Shown piece by piece: positions 54,301 through 63,531 of a DNA stretch of 64,000 nucleotides; position 1 is the stretch's first letter; every line of letters begins with the position of its first letter. Location: the NCBI GenBank assembly GCA_000002445.1, contig CM000208.1, positions 96,001-160,000 of the forward strand. Reading direction: 5' to 3'. Below the pieces are notes generated by a model. The model had not been told where the DNA came from, ran no database searches, and saw only the letters and a program-made list of their open reading frames with translations. A program made the translations under genes and the position numbers. The DNA comes from Trypanosoma brucei (Eukaryota).

Positions 54301-56415
54301 GTCGTTGAGATGACAAATTTTTTCCAGGATTTTTTAGAACGAACGTATTCACCGTGCCTTCGTGCCTTTCACATGATGCAACTGGGGAAGTTCTTAGCAG
54401 AAATGCCAGAACCACAAGGCGTGCATGATGGAACAGAATCAATGGGAGGCCCAGGGGATGCAGGCGGAACTAGGGCGAATTCGTCTTTTGCAACGTCTAC
54501 AAGACAATATATGCACCACTTGAAGACTCAGCAAGAGTATATGAGGTGGCCAACAGTTACTCCCGGAGACAACGGTTGTAATGGTAATGCGATTCATCCC
54601 GTGCTGACGTGTGTGCACTATGTGGGTCAGGTGGTGCAGAAGTTGTCACGCATCTGCCGTGTACTACCCAGTGTATTAGTGGATAAGATACAGCAGTTTC
54701 TTGTACAACCTTTATTGATTGAACTCAATTCGTTTCTGAAAAGGAAAGTGCAACTCATTACGCGCGGTTCCTTATCTCACTGCCTGCTAAACTCTGATTT
54801 TGACGACGCTTTCCATGGCACCCACACAGCTCGTTGGGATGCGCTCTGTGATGAAACGAGGCGGGGGGATTCGTACGAAGCGATTGATATGGGTCTCTTC
54901 CGGTTCTATCGGTACATCAACGCGAGGCGCACACGTGCCGGTGCGGACGGTGACGTTGAAGTTGTTGTGCCAGAGGAAATGCAGGAACTTTTTAACCATG
55001 TGAGGGTCAAAAGGGAGAAACAACATGAGAGGAGTGAGAGGAGGAATGAGGTTTTTCGCAGTAACGGAAGTCTCGTCAGTCCGATTTCTCCTAGAGGAGC
55101 AGCAAATGGGATACAGTGCGAAGATGTGACCGCTGCAGATTTGGCGCTGCAGGGTGACGGCATTGTTGTGGCGCTTGCACTTTTTTGTCACTCCACAGAA
55201 TGGCTATGCGGGCTGCTACTTCGTGCTTTCGGGCCAGAGGGTTGGTGTCAGCACAGTGATGGAGATAAGTTAGTACCTGGTGCTGCGTTTCGGGAGCGCC
55301 GGCGACCACCACGCAAGGGTGTAACGCCAATGCAAGAGGGTACGGAAGGTTGGCAGCACCTCGGGAATTTTGTGGATCAGCTGTATACAATTTCGCAGGC
55401 GTGTTTGTTTCATTTGCTCGTGGAGGCCCGATTTACTGCCTTTCAGTTTATTCCACAGTTGAGTGAGCATTCGTACAACATCGTGGCTGGTGCAGGGACT
55501 CCCGATACCTTTGTTCAAGCATACAATAGGCGGATGACGAACTTTTTTGCTCTACTCAAACCCTATCTCCCTTCAAAGAGGGTGAAATTTGTGTGTCTAA
55601 CTGTGGCAAAGCCGCTGAGCGATCTCTTCATGTTGGAGATTAGTCAACTGAGAGACAAGGTTATCTCAACCACTGGCGTTTCCCGTCTGCAAGTGAACCT
55701 GCTCGCGATGGAGGCTGCCCTGCAGTTAGTACTTCCCACAGATGATGACGTTCGCGAATCCGTAAAGTTTCATTTTGCGCGGCCAGCCACATTTGTGCGT
55801 TACCTTTCAAATGGGGATGTGACGGATGACCTCATAGCCAGTGGCGATTACAAGATATTTGAGGTACGAGAGATGGAGGAGCTTGTGCGGCTTGTTTTGA
55901 AAGGTGATGCGACTGCTAGCAGCGTGGCTGAAAAGATAAAATTATTACATGCTGGACTGGAGCGGGAACAGTATGATATGATTTCACCACTCACGACTTC
56001 TCCCGCCATTACGCCGAATAGAAAGTTGCCCCCGGTCGCCAGGGGTTCATCAACAGGGTGTAAAGGTCACTTTCCCGTATCAGGCTCAGACGCTGCCGCG
56101 CATGAGGAACCGGGGGAGTTGGATAACGCAAAATCCCCGTCATCGCCACAACGAAGATCTGCTAACAATAAGGGCACGTTGAAGCATGTCGACCCCAACT
56201 CTGGTGGTATAATAGATCCCAGTTTAGTAAACTCTGATCTCAAGATGCCAAGCTCTCCAGGCGACGCAAGGGAAGTGACGGAATCGCACAGTAGCGGGTC
56301 GGAAGAGGGGGATGAAGAAGAGGAATATGAAGAGGAATACGAAGAATATGAAGAGAGCGATGAGTATGAAGAGTCGGATGATGCCGATAATGACGATGAT
56401 GATAGTAGTTTGTAA
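51358..56415 (+). CDS. large CATCHR-family tethering-complex subunit, Sec8-like (exocyst) N-terminal domain; acidic C-terminal tail
   Basis: The ORF-track start at 51340 is GTG, and the first ATG is at 51358. The ORF is 1685 aa. The segment FNKAIGRFSDIVLAVSDSNEVLGLLKQRLGMATSSLENRAEQLQVLRMRAAKALLMEESLKRMEAALASEREIKQLVASRHYLAAVRLLRQQKARLESPDMVNIRATQSMRDFANHTLETLHKNVLDGL follows the conserved Sec8/CATCHR N-terminal pattern. The C-terminus is EEGDEEEEYEEEYEEYEESDEYEESDDADNDDDDSSL. The gene call is robust, but the family assignment needs an HMM search. Confidence 0.6.
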   Translation: MAWRYNSNSPPRGNVSANASLVSLSSANNNNRNFTDSADDNADTSALGNNNTFRRDRSAMDGAGAFLRSNAKGKMWSRQEGRDETPDDDVSSRDGTSPCSISFARPKLAPTESTTRPHRSLIFSRNPNRGVSGAATRSGMGSMSRLSVDSALNTPHRVASTRCVEGRVTSSSIANWRLPRHSGSPPINTGECNGEMTIISESGDFDEDATGGDPLLGCADRNLHRATEALLAEADPDLRATDFTPTKHVLQIVVKEDGTECSGAQIDERIAPLCGLQNRLDDMLGLHIQSHKDVFNKAIGRFSDIVLAVSDSNEVLGLLKQRLGMATSSLENRAEQLQVLRMRAAKALLMEESLKRMEAALASEREIKQLVASRHYLAAVRLLRQQKARLESPDMVNIRATQSMRDFANHTLETLHKNVLDGLMGCVFDKDRFSEADKQLMGRMVADGALENVAGTLSFMGDTCGALSSQCFTGGGGKNGDSDFVSLDGIVDDPCDEGMVKNHLHFIPLCVKTLKELGKLDQCCEAFRSGATRSIEQCVANFLSLYDTWRRDAESSKCVGNNDDMGSTVRILELQGRDVASCTVSHDEAVALIQQRDLCPLLNALFTELERVVRNADYLVRVVLLAYFPFLTDVPPRSEVFDDNFSCHEWDVTQSPLRTKNELRDIVVRTLAEAISRHSEDSVSSETPESRRLAALKRLMAKFDVDKALKGSSSHDAPTSKKGSLRQGSVDDGSIRCESNNAVCLGDVLTSLNAAAFLAVEEFPDGSEEVPACCERLSKAISSAVQDSFRSYMREIYLDWDLCALSSQLSYTVELVFKLICSNDAATSSKSDATAVNLSKQNLKHRRTTSRSWWQIDSIGGSHTNETFTSLDKMLSSHGSSGLLSAIEQIGGVSFSIVSTVNASSVEQVRAKDKKHLHSGAGTRIISSFGEVQGAAAPLKSAARLRNWFMFTPMNILACYDCTGHFFKRWKSYKLYFATVPVVEMTNFFQDFLERTYSPCLRAFHMMQLGKFLAEMPEPQGVHDGTESMGGPGDAGGTRANSSFATSTRQYMHHLKTQQEYMRWPTVTPGDNGCNGNAIHPVLTCVHYVGQVVQKLSRICRVLPSVLVDKIQQFLVQPLLIELNSFLKRKVQLITRGSLSHCLLNSDFDDAFHGTHTARWDALCDETRRGDSYEAIDMGLFRFYRYINARRTRAGADGDVEVVVPEEMQELFNHVRVKREKQHERSERRNEVFRSNGSLVSPISPRGAANGIQCEDVTAADLALQGDGIVVALALFCHSTEWLCGLLLRAFGPEGWCQHSDGDKLVPGAAFRERRRPPRKGVTPMQEGTEGWQHLGNFVDQLYTISQACLFHLLVEARFTAFQFIPQLSEHSYNIVAGAGTPDTFVQAYNRRMTNFFALLKPYLPSKRVKFVCLTVAKPLSDLFMLEISQLRDKVISTTGVSRLQVNLLAMEAALQLVLPTDDDVRESVKFHFARPATFVRYLSNGDVTDDLIASGDYKIFEVREMEELVRLVLKGDATASSVAEKIKLLHAGLEREQYDMISPLTTSPAITPNRKLPPVARGSSTGCKGHFPVSGSDAAAHEEPGELDNAKSPSSPQRRSANNKGTLKHVDPNSGGIIDPSLVNSDLKMPSSPGDAREVTESHSSGSEEGDEEEEYEEEYEEYEESDEYEESDDADNDDDDSSL

Positions 56416-56752
56416 AGTTTCTTAGCGTAACAAAGAAAAAAAAATAAATCTTTTCCCACACGTATATTGCTTCTGTACAAATAAATGTGCGTTTTGTTTT
56501 GACTTGCTTCGCTTACCCCTTTCTCAATTGCAGGTTCATTTTCTTCGTTGCACCACCATTTAAACTTCTATTTGTATTTGCTCTTACTCGTGATCGTTCG
56601 TTTCAGGTAACCGTTGCAACATTCGTGACGCTGTTTTTATCGTGTATATCTTTTTTTTTTTTTAATCCTTCGATGCATTGATATATTTTCTTCGTTTCCT
56701 GCATTATAGCATTCGAAGGAGGCCACAGGAGGAAATTTACCACGAGCTTGTG

Positions 56753-57469
56753 ATGCTTCTACAGTGTGGTTCTTGTAGTCAACGAATCGCATGTTGTCCA
56801 GGGTGTGGTGGCAGGTGCTTCACCTTCACAGATGGGCGTGTCGCACCAATTACGGGAGTTGCACCCATCACTGCCACAAGTGTTTCCGTAGCGGTAACCG
56901 AATCGCCCACACCGACAACAGCTTTTGAACTTTTCTGTCAAGATACCGCAGTACAAGAAGAAGCATTAGCGGCTAATCGCATTGAGGGAGAAACTGACAT
57001 CACGTGGGCTGCAGGCGGAAGAAAGCGGGTCCTTGCTGAGATGTGGCTTTCAGCAGACACGCCGGTCCGCCGTCGATATGAAGAGGCCGCCAGGGAAGGT
57101 AGAAAAGGGGTTGACCTTCAGGCTGCTAGTGGTGGGGATTTGAGTATAGCTCGCCAAAAGCACGCTGGTAACCCTACGCAGGTGAACAACAGTAACCATT
57201 CATCTAGCAGTGGTTCTTCAAAAGGGAAAATTCAACCCCCCGGTGCCCCGGTGGGCGCAGTCCCTGACGGGAAAGCAAATAAAGCATCTAAAAAGTCCAA
57301 ACAACGCGCAAATACCCCAACTGCATATCAGCTATTTTGTAAGCGGAATAATGAACTACACAAAAGTAACAGAGCCGCCGTTTTTAATGCTTGGAAGGCA
57401 ATGGGCGCTGCGGAGAAGGAACCGTTCGACATTGAGGCGGCACAGCTTCGCGTGTCGCTGCAGAAATGA
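56753..57469 (+). CDS. hypothetical protein with two HMG-box-like segments and Cys-rich N-terminus
   Basis: The ORF-track start at 56678 is TTG, and the first ATG is at 56753 (MLLQCGSCSQRIACCPGCGGRCF...). Two segments resemble HMG-box helix 1/3: PTTAFELFCQDTAV...RKRVLAEMWLSADTPVRRRYEEAAREG, and ANTPTAYQLFCKRNNELHKSNRAAVFNAWKAMGAAEKEPFDIEAAQLR. Confidence 0.45.
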   Translation: MLLQCGSCSQRIACCPGCGGRCFTFTDGRVAPITGVAPITATSVSVAVTESPTPTTAFELFCQDTAVQEEALAANRIEGETDITWAAGGRKRVLAEMWLSADTPVRRRYEEAAREGRKGVDLQAASGGDLSIARQKHAGNPTQVNNSNHSSSSGSSKGKIQPPGAPVGAVPDGKANKASKKSKQRANTPTAYQLFCKRNNELHKSNRAAVFNAWKAMGAAEKEPFDIEAAQLRVSLQK

Positions 57470-57990
57470 TTTTACCTTCACTTGCGTACGTTTGTTTGCT
57501 CATTAGTGCCAGAATTACAGAAACAGATGCAGAGCCCATATTGAAGTTGTGCAGATTTACTTGTTACTTTGTTTTAACATTTCTTTTCATTGTTTATTTT
57601 TGTCGCTTCCCCCCTCTATCAACTTATTCAAATTTGTCATATTCTACTTCAGACATTTAGCACCGCCGTTGACAGCGTATCGCCTTTATTTTCTTCTGTT
57701 GCTGCCGCGGTGCGGTGAATGGTATGAAACTTCTTATAATGTGTTGTCCACGTCCGAGTTTGTTTGCTTGGTTTCTACTTGTATTTATTATTATTATTAT
57801 TATTATTTTTGACTGTTACCGAGTTTCTCGGTTGACTGCGTGCAGATTGGGAATCACGACCCCAACTGCAACCGTATTGTCACTTAACTTTTCAATTATT
57901 ATAATTATTTTGCTCCCCCTGCTTGTGTAGCGTTCCATTCCAGTGTAGTTTACTATTGGATGAAGGGTGGCGTGCACCTGACGACTTTAG

Positions 57991-60132
57991 ATGTCCAGAA
58001 ACCCCCCTGATAGCGTCTGTGTGACACCCACGCGCCATATTGTCACGGATGCGCTAGCGGAATCTACCGTCACTATGTACTTTAGTGTGTTTCCATGCAA
58101 CTGCGAACCGATATTTTGCTCTAATCGCATACCGCTGCTTCGAGAAGCCCCACCGTACTGTGATGGTAATGTAGTTTATATTGGACCCGCAAGAGAAGTA
58201 GCGCAACAAAAGCTTCAACAACTTGCGTTTCCGCGTGGTTTCGGTTGTAAAAACATGGAGGTTCGAAGTGGGCCGTCATATAGCGCACGGTTCGAGCAGG
58301 TGCGTAAGCGCGGTGTGCTGCGGTACCACCGCATTAAAATCGCTTCCACCTTTGTCGCCCTCGTGGTTTCGGAAAATGGGGAACTACGAACAATTCAGGC
58401 GAAGCATACCGCTGTTGCGGTAGTAATCACTTGTCCACCCAACACACCTCATTATGATACGTTGCTACAAAACTTCGATAGCGTTCTGCGTTACGCCTTG
58501 CATGTCTCTCTTGATTTTGCCATGTGGGCCACACAAAGGTTTTTCTTAAAGTTGTCACGTACGGCAGCGTTTAAGGAACTGGTGGCTGAGCTTGAGCAGC
58601 ATGACAGGGCGCTGGAGACGTACAGCGTCGTTGGGGCTATTCTGGCCAACGCTTTAACGTACACTTCACCAATTCCGCGGCTCTACAGCGGTGCATCCGT
58701 GACGGTAGCTTCAAGCGCCTCCGAGCGTCTGCAATCTTCCTCTCATGATCCTGCGGTTTCTCCAGTGCGCAACTCGGGAGTTTTCTCAAGTAATCCAAAT
58801 GTGCTTGTGTACGAAGCTCTCCGCAAACTTCGTGGGATTAATGAACGGTTCACGAGCCGGGTCGTGGCAGGTTTTCTATCCGTGTCATGTTGGGAGGGTT
58901 ACGGTCTTTCTTATCGAAATGGTACCGGCATATGTGTTTGTAACGGTATCGCTGAGGCGCAACAACAGAAAGGGCAACAACTGAATCTTTCTGACGGAAG
59001 ATCTGTTGGGAAGGCAGCGGGTTTCAAATGTGACGCCGACGACATTTACGCTGACTACTGGCGGTTTATGGAGGAGGAAGAACGGCAACGGGAAAAGGAA
59101 GCGCACGAGAGTTTGCGTAACGTTAGTGGGGGGACCAATTCGGATGAACATGAGCCAGGTGGAGGTGAATCAGATGTCTGGAAGTCCGAGCCGAACGCTG
59201 ATATTCCCGAATCGCAAGCGGCTGTTACGGAAGAGCGGAATTCATCTCCCCATGCCACGGAGTCTGCTACGAGCGGTACATCAGCGCTGTCGTGCCCTCT
59301 TTCGCTATCTCGCGTGGGTCGTGTTGTAATTTTCTGCACAGACCCTGAAATAGCAAAATGCCTTATGATATTGGCCGCTTTTTTCATGCGTGATCGCCGC
59401 GTCATCGCATCAACTACGACACCTGACATGACACCATTTGCGGGTCGTGTAGAGTCATGTGCTCACTCTTCGTTACCTGTGCAGTGGCTGATGGAAGATT
59501 ACAACCCGCGGCGGTTCGAACGGCTTCTTTGTTCACCTTTTACTGTTGAAAACATCGTTTTGGTCATTGATCCCCGCTCTCTGGTTTGCCAACGTCTAAG
59601 AGTTCACAAGACATTCAGTGTTAGCCCTATTCTTGTGGAACGTTTCGGTGAGAGGCATCCGGTTGTTCGGCCCTTCCAGAAGTTGCTACTCGGCAATGTG
59701 AGGGTGGCTTCAGATGCTGTAATTACCTCTGCGTTGCGTTTGGCGTGCAAGCTACACAAATTAGGTGACCCTTCGTCCAGCTGCACAAAGTTCCTCGAGT
59801 GGTTCGTAGTGTGCTTGGTAGGGCGTTGCCATGCCATACGCTTTGAAAAGGGGCTGAACAGTCAACTCATTAAAGAGGTATCACCGTCTCCATCACAGTT
59901 CCCTCATTCTGTTGATGAACGAAGTCGTATAGGGAAGGTTGAGTCGCCTTCACGAATAAATGACGGGGATGTCAGTTTCCTGGACCTAATAAGTAATGTT
60001 TTCGGTAATGACGGGGCCACGAGTGCTGGGGGACCTCTGCCACACCGCTCGACTCATGAAATGATCGAATCCATTTTTAGTGGACCTAAAGAAGGGTCAC
60101 AGTTACTGCAGTATTTACCTTATGATGAGTAA
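57991..60132 (+). CDS. hypothetical protein
   Basis: The 713-aa ORF starts at an ATG on the + strand between flanking genes. Its composition is coding-like and no confident domain was recognised. Confidence 0.6.
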   Translation: MSRNPPDSVCVTPTRHIVTDALAESTVTMYFSVFPCNCEPIFCSNRIPLLREAPPYCDGNVVYIGPAREVAQQKLQQLAFPRGFGCKNMEVRSGPSYSARFEQVRKRGVLRYHRIKIASTFVALVVSENGELRTIQAKHTAVAVVITCPPNTPHYDTLLQNFDSVLRYALHVSLDFAMWATQRFFLKLSRTAAFKELVAELEQHDRALETYSVVGAILANALTYTSPIPRLYSGASVTVASSASERLQSSSHDPAVSPVRNSGVFSSNPNVLVYEALRKLRGINERFTSRVVAGFLSVSCWEGYGLSYRNGTGICVCNGIAEAQQQKGQQLNLSDGRSVGKAAGFKCDADDIYADYWRFMEEEERQREKEAHESLRNVSGGTNSDEHEPGGGESDVWKSEPNADIPESQAAVTEERNSSPHATESATSGTSALSCPLSLSRVGRVVIFCTDPEIAKCLMILAAFFMRDRRVIASTTTPDMTPFAGRVESCAHSSLPVQWLMEDYNPRRFERLLCSPFTVENIVLVIDPRSLVCQRLRVHKTFSVSPILVERFGERHPVVRPFQKLLLGNVRVASDAVITSALRLACKLHKLGDPSSSCTKFLEWFVVCLVGRCHAIRFEKGLNSQLIKEVSPSPSQFPHSVDERSRIGKVESPSRINDGDVSFLDLISNVFGNDGATSAGGPLPHRSTHEMIESIFSGPKEGSQLLQYLPYDE

Positions 60133-60996
60133 GGATCCTTGTGTCGGTTGTTAGCAAGAGCTGGTAATTTGAGGGTGAGCTGTGGGTCACTTAAGCGATA
60201 ATATGAACAAGTAGGCGGCGCTGTGCGTAAGAAGGGATAAAACATTGGGCACTTAGAGGGTATGCATTACGTTGAGTCGAACTGCCAAAACCAGTGTGGG
60301 TTAATACAATAGGAGGTAGCATACGTGTTCGAATATTGTCCGCTTCATTACCCCGCGGTGGTGGTGACCGGGAAGCGCTTCCTGCCACATTTAAATAGAA
60401 TATTTTACTCTCGCCGTTTCCGTTTCGTCGAAGGTGCGAAAACAATGTGGTATTATGATGCGTCACCTTTCACCAAGATGTAGGCGTGGATTGCACGAAT
60501 GTGTATCGTATGCATATAGACGATCGTGTTATCTCGTTGGTCCTTAGGGGCTGTGCGTTAACCTTCCTTATGTGGTGACTGGCAGGCCGGTGCCCGGTTT
60601 GTAGTGTCCATTTGTTATTTGTTGCGCATGCGCAGACCGGTCGTCATGCTATTTTTGTCTCTGTGTGAATTCCAAATCTATGAAACTATGTGATCTCGGC
60701 TACAGTTCAGTTATTGTAGTATGACTGCCGCTGTTGCCGCTCATTACAACGGTGAACAAAGGGAGTGGCATAATGTTTTGTACACGCTCGTGTGTTGGTT
60801 TGCATCTGGGACTTCATACATGTGGTAATAACAGCGTAAGTGTCAAAACCATGTTTTTACTAATAAACTATTATTATCGCCACGATTTGGTATCGTTATT
60901 GTTATCTTCACCTTTCCCCTTGTCGTATTTACTCCTCATCAATCTCCATTGCAGTCACCCCAAAAACAATAATCCCCCCCTGAGCACAGGGTTTCC

Positions 60997-62622
60997 ATGT
61001 TGTACACTAGGCGGTTGATGACGACTGGCGGCTCAGCGACTGCCGACGGTGCTGTGTCTTACAGCAAAGGAAGTTATCACATCGTGCCAAAGAAGTACAC
61101 CGTGGGAAAACGAATTGCGGTTCGCTCATATCTTGACCGAAATCGAACAGAGCTGTCAGATCGCACATACATGCCCCAGAAAGCGTGGTTCGAACCTTAT
61201 ACACCGAAGAAGTTTGATATGGAGCACCAAAGGATTAGTCACAACTTCTACAACCTCGAAACGAAACTTATATGGACTGCATTCGATACGCCTGAACTCA
61301 TAGGTATTCTTCTGCATGATGAAACAATCAAAGGAGCTCCGCACCTGTATGATGCGGAATTTTTGGAGTCTGCCGTTCACTGGACTAGGGAGAGCCGGTA
61401 CTGGCGGTGCATTGGGATTACAAAACCTTTTTACAACAAAACAACGCTTCGCGCGCAGTGCTGGCATGACCGCGGCCTTCAGGTAGGGACACTTGTATTT
61501 TCTCAGGCTATGCGTGATGCGCTTATGGACCTGGAACGGGCGGTACGCCGTAAGGAACTTGGCCTTGAACCCAATTATGTGTGGGACCGTTGGGGTCCTG
61601 TTGGGTTTATTGACGGCGCCAGAACCGACCACTTACCTCGATTCGCTCATAACCCCTACGTGGACCCGGACGGCGTGGAGGTGACGGAAGTTGATATAGC
61701 GCCCTTCAACACACACGAGCAAATAAAGGAGCGGTACGGTGCTTTTATCGACCCCGACCTGAGACCCTTCGAGGGCGTCTTCCGAGCCCCATCCCATGGT
61801 GCCTTGACACTTGATGATGTTCCACACCAGGAGGCGGTGCGGTTATATCGCGATTTAATGGAAAAGGCTGATATGCCTGTTATGTTGGGCAACGGAGCCG
61901 AGATCCCACCTATGGATCTGAGGGCCCTGTTTCATCTGAGCGCTAACCCCGAACGAATGAAGGCGGCATCGGAGTTGAGTTCATGGCGAGAAGTGCGAGG
62001 GATGCTAGCGCCCGTGCAGGAGGTTTGCGATGAGAAAGTGGAGGCCTTGCGGTTGATGGAAAACACACGCCATGACGTCGCCCGTGTGCGGACCTTTTAC
62101 GAGGAAAAGTGTGGCTTTTCAGATTTTATGCGTACCCCAGACAAGGTAATTACGGCGGCGGTGTTGTGTTACCTTCAAGAACTGCAGCGAATTTGCACAG
62201 AAAGAGATTGGGGTAAGCCTCTCGCACGATGCTTGACGGACTTGGAGCGAGTAAATGTTATGGGTAAGGATGCCTTTCTTGTGTATCGTCACATAGAAGA
62301 TGCTATACTGGATAAGAAGCGCCGCGTGTGGGCCACACGCTTCGCCGGAGAGGCCAACGAGGAAAGCACGCTGGATTACCTTCTGGAGAACTTCGGCCGT
62401 CGCACAGAGCAAACGCGTAATGTCGGTACCACTGGCACGGAGTTTGATCGTGAGCAGGAGCCTATTGGTCGGCAGGTACAACGCCGCGTTCTCGACTCCG
62501 ACAAGGCCAGTAAACTGGCGGAAGTGCGGCAGAAGAGAGGGAAAATGTGGTCTAACAAGAAAAGCGTCTTTGATTCACTCCACCAAAAGCAGCTGCAGAA
62601 CGTGACGTATGGTGTTCATTAG
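60997..62622 (+). CDS. hypothetical protein, possible mitochondrial presequence
   Basis: The 541-aa ORF starts at an ATG. Its N-terminus (MLYTRRLMTTGGSATADG) is presequence-like. No domain was recognised. Confidence 0.6.
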   Translation: MLYTRRLMTTGGSATADGAVSYSKGSYHIVPKKYTVGKRIAVRSYLDRNRTELSDRTYMPQKAWFEPYTPKKFDMEHQRISHNFYNLETKLIWTAFDTPELIGILLHDETIKGAPHLYDAEFLESAVHWTRESRYWRCIGITKPFYNKTTLRAQCWHDRGLQVGTLVFSQAMRDALMDLERAVRRKELGLEPNYVWDRWGPVGFIDGARTDHLPRFAHNPYVDPDGVEVTEVDIAPFNTHEQIKERYGAFIDPDLRPFEGVFRAPSHGALTLDDVPHQEAVRLYRDLMEKADMPVMLGNGAEIPPMDLRALFHLSANPERMKAASELSSWREVRGMLAPVQEVCDEKVEALRLMENTRHDVARVRTFYEEKCGFSDFMRTPDKVITAAVLCYLQELQRICTERDWGKPLARCLTDLERVNVMGKDAFLVYRHIEDAILDKKRRVWATRFAGEANEESTLDYLLENFGRRTEQTRNVGTTGTEFDREQEPIGRQVQRRVLDSDKASKLAEVRQKRGKMWSNKKSVFDSLHQKQLQNVTYGVH

Positions 62623-63531
62623 CGAATATGTCCACCATGTTTTGGACGGTTTCATTCATTTTGATTTCATCGCTGCTATGTGGATAAGCAGCCTTTCCGC
62701 TAGGGTTCACTGGATTTTTTTTGAAGGTGGTTTCTTCCTGTTTTCGTTGGGGCGTTTGTGCCTATGAGGGCGGGGTGTTACCCGGAAGTTTATGACCACT
62801 CGACCGCAAGTTCTGTCCACGCACCGTTACGAAGGTTTGTCACATCGCAGACACACGTACATATATATATATATATGTTATTTATCGTCTGTGAGAAAGT
62901 TTGGAGGAAGTAACCCTCAATCTCCTCCGTTATTTATATCCAACCCGTGAGGGTGCGCCTGAGCATATATATATATATATATATGTCCCTTCCACTATTT
63001 TTTTTTTTAAAGGGGTCAAATCTTCACTTCTCTTAACATATTGTCTGAACAGAATCCTATAGAAGGGTGCTTGGGCACCTCAAGGTAGTTTTTGTTGAGA
63101 AAAGAAAAAAGTAGTAGAGGATTTTTGGCTCGCCGAACCTGTGTGCAAGTTGTCGTTTGACTTGAGTGATACTTAGTTGGTGAGGTTGCTTGTCTTCTGT
63201 TGAGGAAACCCGGTCCGACTTGGTTTCAGCTAGTTAAGGGTGGAGGGGAGTAAAGCAACAACAACGGGAGGAGCAAAAGGTGAAGGCACAAGAAGAGCAT
63301 CCACCGAGGTAAGTTGACACTGTCTACACAATTACATATAACTTTATTTGTGTGTCAGCGAGCGAAAGTTGACGTATTTGAGGTGAACTGCTCAGCAAGC
63401 AAGGAGGTGGGTTTCCAGAAAACTTATTCAGTGTGGCTGGTAACTTTGACAAATATAAAGGGACGCCATATCTCCACATAGCGGAGAGGAAGGACGGTTA
63501 TCCGCTGAAGTTCAGGTTAAAAAGGTAGAGA

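Noticed and set aside
3356-56752. N-terminal extensions in the ORF track at 3356, 9701, 11368, 18403, 37276, 48090, 51340 and 56678
   Set aside because: These start codons are GTG/TTG, checked in the sequence. The extensions often translate polypyrimidine tracts, so the first in-frame ATG was used instead.
60440-60450. C-box-like AUGAUGC suggesting a C/D snoRNA
   Set aside because: No CUGA D box lies within 60-120 nt downstream and no guide complementarity could be assessed, so the evidence is insufficient.
63308-63314. GGTAAGT, a consensus cis-splicing 5' splice site, in the spacer upstream of the RIIa gene
   Set aside because: Cis-splicing is extremely rare in trypanosomatids. There is no branch point, polypyrimidine tract or AG context implying an intron here, so this is most likely a chance heptamer.
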